This document shows, piece by piece, positions 57,121-64,000 of a stretch of 64,000 nt of DNA. The DNA is from Lachnospiraceae bacterium. GTDB taxonomy: Bacteria > Bacillota > Clostridia > Lachnospirales > Lachnospiraceae. The notes under the pieces were generated by a model. That model had not been told where the DNA came from and made no database searches. It worked only from the letters and a program-made list of their open reading frames with translations. The stretch is taken from NCBI GenBank assembly GCA_017465475.1, contig JAFTWC010000003.1, positions 25,725 through 89,724 of the forward strand. The letters are read 5' to 3'. The position numbers were made by a program, and so were the translations under genes. Position 1 is the stretch's first letter, and the number at the start of each line of letters is the position of its first letter.

Positions 57121-58310
57121 AAAAGTCTTTGAATTTAAAAAGTATTGTGGTATTGACGTCGATTTGTGCAGTGATATCGTTGCTGCTTGCTGCCACCAAT
57201 GCCCTCACGGCTCCGATTATTGAAAAAAATCAGAATGCGGCAGCCAATGAAGCACTTTTGGTGGTAATGCCGGATGGTACAGGATTTGAAAAGATAGATA
57301 TTTCTTCTTATGAACTCCCGGCTACCGTAGACGAAGCTTATAAAGAAGCCGGCGGCGGGTATGTGGTGAAGCTGACAACGGCAGGATACTCCTCCGGATT
57401 TGTCATTATGTGCGGTGTGAATGCCGACGGTACGGTCAGCGGAGCAGTGTGTTTATCTTCCAATGAAACCCTGGGTTATGAGAAAACCTTTGGTGATAAT
57501 TTCGCAGGAAAAAACAACGAAGGGGTAGATGCAGTGGATAGCATTTCCGGTGCCACAAAGACAACAGCCGCATATCGTAATGCGGTAAAGGATGCTATCA
57601 ATACCGCTACGATTCTTGGCGGAGGTTCCGTGGATATCCGCAGTGAAGAAGAAATTCTTGCAGACAACCTTTCTGCAGCACTTCCTGCGGGAGAAGGGAA
57701 GTTTACAAAACTGTTCCTGACAGAAGTAATCGAAGGAATTGACGCGGTTTATACGGCAGAGAACGGGAAGGGTTCCGTGTGTGTTATCGGTGAGCAGTTT
57801 ATCGGTGTGGATGAGAATGGTACGGTTATATCCGGTGCAGAGGGCGATACGGCAGCAAATGTTTCCGCACAGATGGCACTGCTTCGTGCTTCCGAAGCGA
57901 CTGTGATTGATCTTAGTGCATTTGCCGATTTACCGTCCGCGCTTGTTTCTGCATCAAAGACTGCAACCGGAAATTATATTCTGGAGATGAAGGGCGCAGG
58001 GTATGGTATCAACGGTGGTGACGATTATCATCCGGCTTCCGGAGAGTATATATATATCCGCGTGTCCATGACAAAGGAAGGAAAAATTATTGACTGCCTG
58101 ACACTTTCCCAGGCGGAAACGCCGAATTTCGGTTCCGCTTGTGCGGAGGAAACATTCTACGGTCAGTTTGTAGGAAAGACGGAAAGTGATTATGATTCCG
58201 TGGATGGCATCGCAGGGGCGACCCTTACCACCAACGGATATAAGAAAGCGATTTTACGAGCATTCGAATCGGTAAAGATATTAGAAGGAGGTGCCGGTAA
58301 TGAAGAATAA
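57117..58310 (+). CDS. rnfG: Rnf complex subunit G, double-length form with two FMN-binding domains
   Basis: 397 aa. N-terminal TM anchor. DSISGAT (residues 141-147) and DGIAGAT (363-369) are flavinylation-type motifs. Confidence 0.9.
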   Translation: MKKSLNLKSIVVLTSICAVISLLLAATNALTAPIIEKNQNAAANEALLVVMPDGTGFEKIDISSYELPATVDEAYKEAGGGYVVKLTTAGYSSGFVIMCGVNADGTVSGAVCLSSNETLGYEKTFGDNFAGKNNEGVDAVDSISGATKTTAAYRNAVKDAINTATILGGGSVDIRSEEEILADNLSAALPAGEGKFTKLFLTEVIEGIDAVYTAENGKGSVCVIGEQFIGVDENGTVISGAEGDTAANVSAQMALLRASEATVIDLSAFADLPSALVSASKTATGNYILEMKGAGYGINGGDDYHPASGEYIYIRVSMTKEGKIIDCLTLSQAETPNFGSACAEETFYGQFVGKTESDYDSVDGIAGATLTTNGYKKAILRAFESVKILEGGAGNEE

Positions 58311-58989
58311 CAGTAATATGTCGGTTTTGCTGAAGGGTATTCTGAAAGAGAATCCGGTGCTGGTATTGATTCTCGGAACCTGTCCGACCCTTGCAACTAC
58401 CAATAATGTGGCCGGTGCTTTCGGTATGGGAATTGCAGCGATGGTAGTGCTTGTATGTTCCAATATGCTGATTTCCCTGCTTCGTAAGATTATTCCGGAC
58501 AGTGTTCGTATCCCATGTTATATTGTAATTATTGCAGGATTTGTTACCATTGTTCAGATGTTTGTACAGGCGTATTTCCCGGCTTTGTACGAGATGCTTG
58601 GAGTTTATCTGGCACTCATTACGGTAAACTGCATTATCCTCGGTCGTGCAGAGATGTTTGCAAGTAAGAACAATGTACTCCGTTCCGCACTTGACGGTAT
58701 CGGCATGGGGTTGGGATTTACCGTTGCTCTTTGTGCCATGGCATTTGTCCGCGAAGTATTCGGTAACGCAAGCTTTGCAGGAATTGCCATTCCGTTCCTT
58801 GAACCATATAAAATCGCATTTTTGGTAAAGGCTCCGGGCGGTATGTTGGTATATGGTTTATTGATTGCTTTGGTGTATGTGCTTACCCAGGGAAAGGCTC
58901 CGTTAAAGAAAGATTTTTCCTGTGCGGGTTGTCCGTCTGCGGGTAGTTGTCATACCGGCGCATGTATGAAGAAAGGAGAGGAACAGTAA
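58300..58989 (+). CDS. rnfE: Rnf complex subunit E
   Basis: ENPVLVLILGTCPTLATT is typical of RnfE/NqrD. Cys-rich C-terminal tail. Confidence 0.95.
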   Translation: MKNNSNMSVLLKGILKENPVLVLILGTCPTLATTNNVAGAFGMGIAAMVVLVCSNMLISLLRKIIPDSVRIPCYIVIIAGFVTIVQMFVQAYFPALYEMLGVYLALITVNCIILGRAEMFASKNNVLRSALDGIGMGLGFTVALCAMAFVREVFGNASFAGIAIPFLEPYKIAFLVKAPGGMLVYGLLIALVYVLTQGKAPLKKDFSCAGCPSAGSCHTGACMKKGEEQ

Positions 58990-59588
58990 TGGAAGTGTTT
59001 AAAACATTAATCGTCATTTTACTTTCTTCGGTATTGGTAAATAACTACGTCCTGAGTCGGTTCCTTGGAATTTGTCCGTTCCTTGGCGTTTCCAAGAAAC
59101 TCAATCAGGCAGTAGGTATGGGCATTTCGGTTACTGCGGTTATGCTTTTAGCCACAGCCGTAACCTGGCCGATTCAGTATTTTCTTTTAGATAAAGTAGG
59201 TCTCGGATATATGCAGACCATTATCTTTATCCTTGTAATTGCCACTTTGGTACAGATTTTGGAGTTGCTCTTAAAGAAATTTTCGCCTGCACTTCACAAG
59301 GGATTAGGTGTATATCTTCCCCTTATTACCACAAACTGTGCTGTGCTTGGTGTAGCAATTAACAACATCAACGACGGTTACAATTTCTTAGAGTCCATGG
59401 TAAGTTCCTTAGGCTGCGGTCTCGGATTTTTGCTGGCGATGGTACTGTTTTCAGGGCTTCGTTCCCGTATTGATGAAAGCCGTGTACCGGCACCGTTCCG
59501 AGGTCTTGCGGTTACATTAATCGCTGCTTCCTTCATTTCGCTGGCCTTCATGGGCTTTGCGGGTGTTGTGGATGCGCTGTTCGCATAA
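58989..59588 (+). CDS. rnfA: Rnf complex subunit A
   Basis: VLVNNYVLSRFLGICPFLGVS is typical of RnfA/NqrE. TAATG overlap with rnfE. Confidence 0.95.
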   Translation: MEVFKTLIVILLSSVLVNNYVLSRFLGICPFLGVSKKLNQAVGMGISVTAVMLLATAVTWPIQYFLLDKVGLGYMQTIIFILVIATLVQILELLLKKFSPALHKGLGVYLPLITTNCAVLGVAINNINDGYNFLESMVSSLGCGLGFLLAMVLFSGLRSRIDESRVPAPFRGLAVTLIAASFISLAFMGFAGVVDALFA

Positions 59589-59606
59589 AGGAGGTAACGG
59601 AATACG

Positions 59607-60437
59607 ATGGAGATTTTAGTTGCATTTTTAGTAGTAGGAGCCATTGGTTTGGCGGCAGGTTTGTTGATTGCGGTAATGTCCCGGTTCTTCGGAGTGGAAG
59701 AAGACCAAACAGTAAAGGCGGTTCGTGCTTGTCTGCCGGGTGTCAATTGCGGTGCCTGCGGGTATAAGGGCTGTGATGATTATGCAGCGGCAGTGGCGGA
59801 AGGAAAAGCAAAGCCGAATTTATGTGTTCCGGGGGCTGAGTCCACAGCAGAAGAGTTGGGTGCTCTTTTAGGAATAGAGGTAGAACCTCCGAAGGATGTG
59901 GTCGCATTTGTTCACTGTAACGGAAACTGTGAAGCTACTGCTACAAAAGCCGATTATGTGGGAGTGACAAGCTGTAAGGCGGCTGCCATGTTGTACGGCG
60001 GTCCGGAATCCTGTCAGTACGGTTGTATGGGATTTGGAGATTGTGCCGTTGCATGTCCGGCGGGAGCCATTTGTATGAAGGATGGGATCGCCCATGTGGA
60101 TACCAGCCGGTGTTTGGGATGCGGACTTTGTGAAAGTATATGTCCTAAGAAAGTAATATCCATGGTTCCGCAGGAGACGGCAGTCGTTGTTATGTGTAAT
60201 AATAAGGACAAGGGTGCGGAGGCACGAAAAGCTTGTAAGAATGCATGCATCGGCTGCATGAAATGTGTAAAAGCATGTCCGCAGGAAGCCATTACGGTAA
60301 CGAATAATTTAGCAAAAATCGATTATGATAAGTGTGTACGATGCGGAGCATGTGCGGCAGGCTGTCCGACCGGATGCTTAAAGCAGGTATTTTTCCCGGA
60401 TTTATCCGAGGAGTTTGAGGATTTTAAGGTAGAGTAA
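59607..60437 (+). CDS. rnfB: Rnf complex subunit B (polyferredoxin type)
   Basis: N-terminal TM segment, CGACGYKGCDDYA cluster, and several CxxCxxCxxxCP ferredoxin motifs. Confidence 0.95.
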   Translation: MEILVAFLVVGAIGLAAGLLIAVMSRFFGVEEDQTVKAVRACLPGVNCGACGYKGCDDYAAAVAEGKAKPNLCVPGAESTAEELGALLGIEVEPPKDVVAFVHCNGNCEATATKADYVGVTSCKAAAMLYGGPESCQYGCMGFGDCAVACPAGAICMKDGIAHVDTSRCLGCGLCESICPKKVISMVPQETAVVVMCNNKDKGAEARKACKNACIGCMKCVKACPQEAITVTNNLAKIDYDKCVRCGACAAGCPTGCLKQVFFPDLSEEFEDFKVE

Positions 60438-60439
60438 AG

Positions 60440-60856
60440 ATGAATCAAAAAGCAAAGACTACGCCCACCGCCAAAAGCGGTGGGCAACTATTTCGAAACG
60501 ACATTATTTTTATTGCGGTAGTATTGGTCCTGGTGTCTTTATTGGGCCTTTGTTTCTATCTGTTCCGCGGAGACGGGGACGAAGTGGTGGTAACGGTAGA
60601 CGGTGAGGTGTTCGGGACCTATTCTTTGGCAGAAGACAGAGTCGTAGAAATCCGTACAGGGGAAGAAAACGAAGAGCTGAATGTATTGGTAATAAAGGAT
60701 GGTAAGGCATTTGTGGAACAGGCCACCTGTCCGGACGGAATATGTGCCGGACACAGACCCATTAAACGGGATGGTGAAAGTATCGTTTGTCTGCCTCACA
60801 AGGTAGTGATAACGGTTCGCGTAACAAATGAGGAAGCACCGGATATTGTTGTGTAA
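60440..60856 (+). CDS. NusG domain II-containing membrane-anchored protein (DUF1312-like)
   Basis: TM anchor followed by CPDGICAGHRPIKRDGESIVCLPHKVVI, the cysteine and CLPH pattern typical of this family. Confidence 0.75.
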   Translation: MNQKAKTTPTAKSGGQLFRNDIIFIAVVLVLVSLLGLCFYLFRGDGDEVVVTVDGEVFGTYSLAEDRVVEIRTGEENEELNVLVIKDGKAFVEQATCPDGICAGHRPIKRDGESIVCLPHKVVITVRVTNEEAPDIVV

Positions 60857-60867
60857 AGGAGAATTGT

Positions 60868-61371
60868 ATGAGACCTGCTACAAAAAAAATGGCCCTTTTA
60901 GGCCTATGTACTGCAGTGGCTCTTGTTTTGGCCTATATGGAGTCAATGCTTCCGCCGCTTTTTCATGGGATACCGGGTATAAAAATCGGACTTCCGAATA
61001 TTATAATTGTGTTTGTATTGTATCGGTTCGGCCTGTGGGAAGCAGCGGTTGTTTCTTTCATACGAATGCTGGCAATTTCCTTTATGTTCGGCAACCTGAT
61101 GGCCTTGGTTTACAGTCTGGCAGGTGCTTTTTTGAGCTTGCTTGTTATGGCGGTTCTGAAAAAAATGAAATTTCTTTCGCCTGTGGGAGTCAGTGTAGCA
61201 GGCGGTGTGTTTCATAATGTTGGACAGATTTTGGCAGCAATGGTTTTGTTGGGAACGGCAGAACTGGGCTACTATTTAATTGTTTTGACCATAACCGGCA
61301 CGGTGTCCGGAATTTTTGTGGGGCTGTGCGGTGCGATTATTATGAAACGAATACCTAAGAAATTCATATAA
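60868..61371 (+). CDS. Gx transporter family protein (heptaprenyl diphosphate synthase component I-like, PF07456 type)
   Basis: 167 aa, 5 TM segments, MESMLPPLFHGIPGIKIGLPNI N-terminal pattern. Confidence 0.7.
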   Translation: MRPATKKMALLGLCTAVALVLAYMESMLPPLFHGIPGIKIGLPNIIIVFVLYRFGLWEAAVVSFIRMLAISFMFGNLMALVYSLAGAFLSLLVMAVLKKMKFLSPVGVSVAGGVFHNVGQILAAMVLLGTAELGYYLIVLTITGTVSGIFVGLCGAIIMKRIPKKFI

Positions 61372-61378
61372 ATACGTG

Positions 61379-61407
61379 TTGACAAAGTTCATTTTATGAT
61401 GCATAAT
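61379..61407 (+). promoter_or_regulatory. sigma-A-type promoter of the lipoprotein gene
   Basis: TTGACA, 17 nt, CATAAT. Confidence 0.5.
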
Positions 61408-61456
61408 AAAGATAGATAAAAAATTAACAAGTAATGAGAAAAAGGAGGATTTTTCC

Positions 61457-62455
61457 ATGAAAATGAAAAAGTTACTTTGTGTATCTCTTAGTGTTTTTAT
61501 GATTGCATCCTTTGTCGGATGTAAAAAAGAGGCAGAAACCTTAAAGTTTGGTATGGGTGTGTACACTGAGGTTTCCAAGGCAAGCAGTGCGGAGGCGGAT
61601 GCCAACGGCCAGGGTAAGGTTACTACCAATGTGGCTGTAGTTACCGTAGATGCGGCAGGAAAGATTGTGGCATGTGAATTAGATGCGGCAGATGCCACCG
61701 TAGCATATACCGGTGACGGTAAGGCAGTAGCAAACGAGTCCTTTGCAACCAAGTACGAATTAGGCGATGCTTACAACATGGTTGCATACGGCGGCGCGGT
61801 AAAGGAATGGTATGAGCAGGCAGATGCATTTGAAGATGTGGTTTGCGGAAAGACTTTGGACGAAGTAAAGGCTTTGGTTGCCGGGGAAGATAAGGGAACG
61901 GAAGAAGTCATCAATGCAGGTTGTACCATTACGATTGCTGAATTTGTTAAGGCAATTGAAAAGGCATATAACAATGCGGTTGCTTCCGATGTGACGGCAG
62001 AGCATACCGTAAAGCTTGGGGTATCCACTGCACAGTCCTGTAAGGATGCTGCGGAGGAAGCAGACGGACAGAATCAGTTGGAAACTACCTTCCTTGCAGT
62101 GGCTGTAGATGCAGACGGTAAGGTTGTGGCAGCTACCAGTGATTGTGTGCAGGTAAAGTTTACCTTTGATGCCACCGGTGCTTCTACTTATGATTTGACG
62201 AAGGCAGTTTCTTCCAAGAAGGAAGCCGGTGCAAATTATGGTATGAGTGCATACGGTACTGATTTAAACGGTGACGGTGTTGTGAAGGAATGGAATGAGC
62301 AGGCGGCTGCATTTGATGCAGCTTGTGTGGGTAAGACTACCGGTGAGATTGCTTCCTTAATGGGTGCAGACAGCTATGGGAATGCTGACTTACAGGCTGC
62401 CGGATGTACAATTGTAGTAGATGGATTTGTAAAGGCTGCTGCTAAGTTGAAGTAA
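61457..62455 (+). CDS. lipoprotein with two internally duplicated FMN-bind-like domains, function unknown
   Basis: Lipobox SFVGC (Cys22). Residues about 30-170 and 185-332 are clear repeats of each other (VKEWxEQAxAF, GKT, AGCTI...FVKA). Confidence 0.7.
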   Translation: MKMKKLLCVSLSVFMIASFVGCKKEAETLKFGMGVYTEVSKASSAEADANGQGKVTTNVAVVTVDAAGKIVACELDAADATVAYTGDGKAVANESFATKYELGDAYNMVAYGGAVKEWYEQADAFEDVVCGKTLDEVKALVAGEDKGTEEVINAGCTITIAEFVKAIEKAYNNAVASDVTAEHTVKLGVSTAQSCKDAAEEADGQNQLETTFLAVAVDADGKVVAATSDCVQVKFTFDATGASTYDLTKAVSSKKEAGANYGMSAYGTDLNGDGVVKEWNEQAAAFDAACVGKTTGEIASLMGADSYGNADLQAAGCTIVVDGFVKAAAKLK

Positions 62456-62497
62456 GCGATAACGGAATGAGGGAGAGAGCCTCCTATTAGTTCCGGA

Positions 62498-62539
62498 AAC
62501 AGCATTGTAGTGTTTCGCTACAATGCTGTTTTTGTTTTT
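62498..62539 (+). terminator. intrinsic terminator after the lipoprotein gene
   Basis: AACAGCATTGTAG/CTACAATGCTGTT 13-bp stem followed by TTTGTTTTT. Confidence 0.8.
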
Positions 62540-62568
62540 GAATACAAAAAAAGATGAGAACAAGAGTA

Positions 62569-62597
62569 TTGACTTTTTCTTTCTGATAGAATATACT
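62569..62597 (+). promoter_or_regulatory. sigma-A-type promoter of the AraC-family gene
   Basis: TTGACT, 17 nt, TATACT. Confidence 0.5.
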
Positions 62598-62598
62598 T

Positions 62599-62628
62599 AC
62601 AAATAGTTAGCTGATGCTAACTATTTGT
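62599..62628. promoter_or_regulatory. perfect 13-bp inverted repeat at the predicted transcription start (candidate operator)
   Basis: ACAAATAGTTAGC-TGAT-GCTAACTATTTGT. The half-site GCTAACTATT is repeated at 62649-62658. Confidence 0.5.
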
Positions 62629-62702
62629 GACACGCAGGGTAAGCTGTGGCTAACTATTGCGTCGTTTACGTAAAATGTAGGACAACAGAGGAAGTAATAC
62701 GC

Positions 62703-63623
62703 ATGAAGAAGAGTGTCAGAAAATATATCTATAAGGATGAGACCGGAGACGCACAGGTAACAGTGTATCAGCTGTTTCCGGGAATAGAAGTGGCTTATAT
62801 TGCAGCTCATATGGCGGAATTTGATTTCGGTGTATCCCAAAAAGGTTCTTGTAAAAGAAATGCAATCATTCACTATTGCAGAGAAGGACGACTGGAACAG
62901 GAGGGAGAAAAGGAGTTTTTTTATTTGATGCCGGGAGATTGTTCGATTAATATCCGGAACAAGCGTAAAACGAAGTTTCGTTTACCGGTTCGTCATTATC
63001 ATGGTGTATGCATCGGAATAGATTTGGATGAAGTGAACTGTCCTATACTTGCTTTTTGTGAAAATTGCGGATATGCCCCCAACGAAATAATGGAACATAT
63101 ATGCGGAGAACTGTTCCATACAATTCTTCGTTCGTCGGAGTCGGTCAGAAAATATTTTGATGGTTTGTATGAAGTTTCCCATGAGCAGCGTTTGGATTAT
63201 TTAAGGATGAAATTGCCGGAATTGTTTTACAAAATGAAGTACTTACATACGGACACTCTCGAGGTTCGCAATCCGGTTCCTCGTACACAGGTTGATTTCG
63301 TAAAACAGGTTGCACATTATATATCTGAAAATATCAATGAAAAAATTACGGTCAAGAGATTGACACAGGAATTCGGAGTTTCCGATTCTTATCTGCAAAA
63401 TGCTTTTCGGAACGTGTATGGTATGCCGGTAATCAGTTTTATTCGGGTTCAAAAAATGCAGTGCGCAGCACAGGTGTTGATTCAAACAACGCAAACGATT
63501 GATGAAATCGCGGAAACCTTCGGATATGAAAATGAAAGTAAATTCTCAGCCGCATTTAAAAGAATTATGGGAGATTCTCCGGGAGTATTTCGCAAGGAAC
63601 ATTCAAAAATTAAAATAATATAG
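62703..63623 (+). CDS. AraC-family transcriptional regulator
   Basis: C-terminal double HTH (VSDSYLQNAFRNVYG ... IDEIAETFGYENESKFSAAFKRIMGDSP) and a cupin-like N-terminal sensor domain. Confidence 0.85.
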   Translation: MKKSVRKYIYKDETGDAQVTVYQLFPGIEVAYIAAHMAEFDFGVSQKGSCKRNAIIHYCREGRLEQEGEKEFFYLMPGDCSINIRNKRKTKFRLPVRHYHGVCIGIDLDEVNCPILAFCENCGYAPNEIMEHICGELFHTILRSSESVRKYFDGLYEVSHEQRLDYLRMKLPELFYKMKYLHTDTLEVRNPVPRTQVDFVKQVAHYISENINEKITVKRLTQEFGVSDSYLQNAFRNVYGMPVISFIRVQKMQCAAQVLIQTTQTIDEIAETFGYENESKFSAAFKRIMGDSPGVFRKEHSKIKII

Positions 63624-63628
63624 CAGAG

Positions 63629-63667
63629 GAACAGAAATACTTGTCTGAGTGTTTCTGTTCTTTTTTT
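63629..63667 (+). terminator. intrinsic terminator after the AraC-family gene
   Basis: GAACAGAAAT/GTTTCTGTTC stem followed by TTTTTTT. Confidence 0.75.
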
Positions 63668-63693
63668 TGTGAGATAATAATGAAACGGAGCAA

Positions 63694-63749
63694 TGAAATG
63701 TTTCGGAGTGTTAAGGAACATTTATGGAGCAAAAACGAAATGTTTCGGA
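63694..63749 (+). promoter_or_regulatory. two exact 13-nt direct repeats (GAAATGTTTCGGA) directly upstream of the nifH-like promoter
   Basis: Copies at 63694-63706 and 63737-63749, each preceded by GGAGCAA. The second copy abuts a TTGTAT, 16 nt, TATAAT promoter at 63752-63779. Confidence 0.45.
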
Positions 63750-63819
63750 CGTTGTATTTGTGGAGAAATTACGTATAATAAGTATCGTTCGCTGTGTGGC
63801 GAAAATTTTTTAGGGAGTG

Positions 63820-63835
63820 GTTAGCTTTTGCTAAC
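63820..63835. promoter_or_regulatory. GTTAGC-TTTT-GCTAAC palindrome in the nifH-like leader, sharing its core with the 62599-62628 palindrome
   Basis: Read directly from the sequence. Confidence 0.4.
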
Positions 63836-63847
63836 TTATGGGGTTAA

Positions 63848-64000
<153 letters not shown>

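Overview
The window looks like a chromosomal segment of a low-to-moderate GC Firmicute. Gene content (Rnf complex, clostridial-type short MetH, HprK/Crh-type HPr, WhiA, PilZ flagellar-brake protein) suggests a motile Clostridia/Lachnospiraceae-like anaerobe, but this taxon call is an inference. About 60 genes are present, mostly on the + strand. 1-14.3 kb holds housekeeping genes: birA-bioY, metF-metH, hprK-glcK-murB-whiA-HPr-like, dnaE, pfkA. 14.4-19.7 kb holds a c-di-GMP, envelope and cold-shock region. 19.8-24.9 kb holds an M16 peptidase, era, a yqzL-like gene and recO. 24.9-26.3 kb is a small accessory islet with an MNT/HEPN toxin-antitoxin pair, an orphan ORF and a large palindromic element. 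Next come trpS, an LRR lipoprotein, tRNA-Gly(CCC) and an unusual potABCD operon. 33.5-42 kb holds a kinase-like gene, a two-component system and a heterodimeric ABC exporter. 43.8-49.7 kb is a cluster of GNAT, EamA, cyclase, NUDIX, HIT and DUF402 genes. 50-54.6 kb is a REC-HD-GYP / hybrid histidine kinase / DegV module. 54.9-62.5 kb holds rnfCDGEAB plus NusG-II, a Gx transporter and a duplicated lipoprotein. The window ends with an AraC regulator and the start of a nifH-like gene. The least explained features are four. First, a perfectly periodic array of nine 53-bp hairpin units in the NUDIX-HIT gap (46.39-46.86 kb); it is neither a CRISPR array nor a coding repeat. Second, a conserved 56-nt core found three times inside long palindromes in two convergent intergenic regions (26.0-26.3 kb and 34.6-34.8 kb). 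Third, a roughly 175-aa Ig-like insertion inside the PotA ATPase. Fourth, the flavin-related extras around Rnf. All calls come from reading the ORF translations and the DNA by eye; no database search was run.
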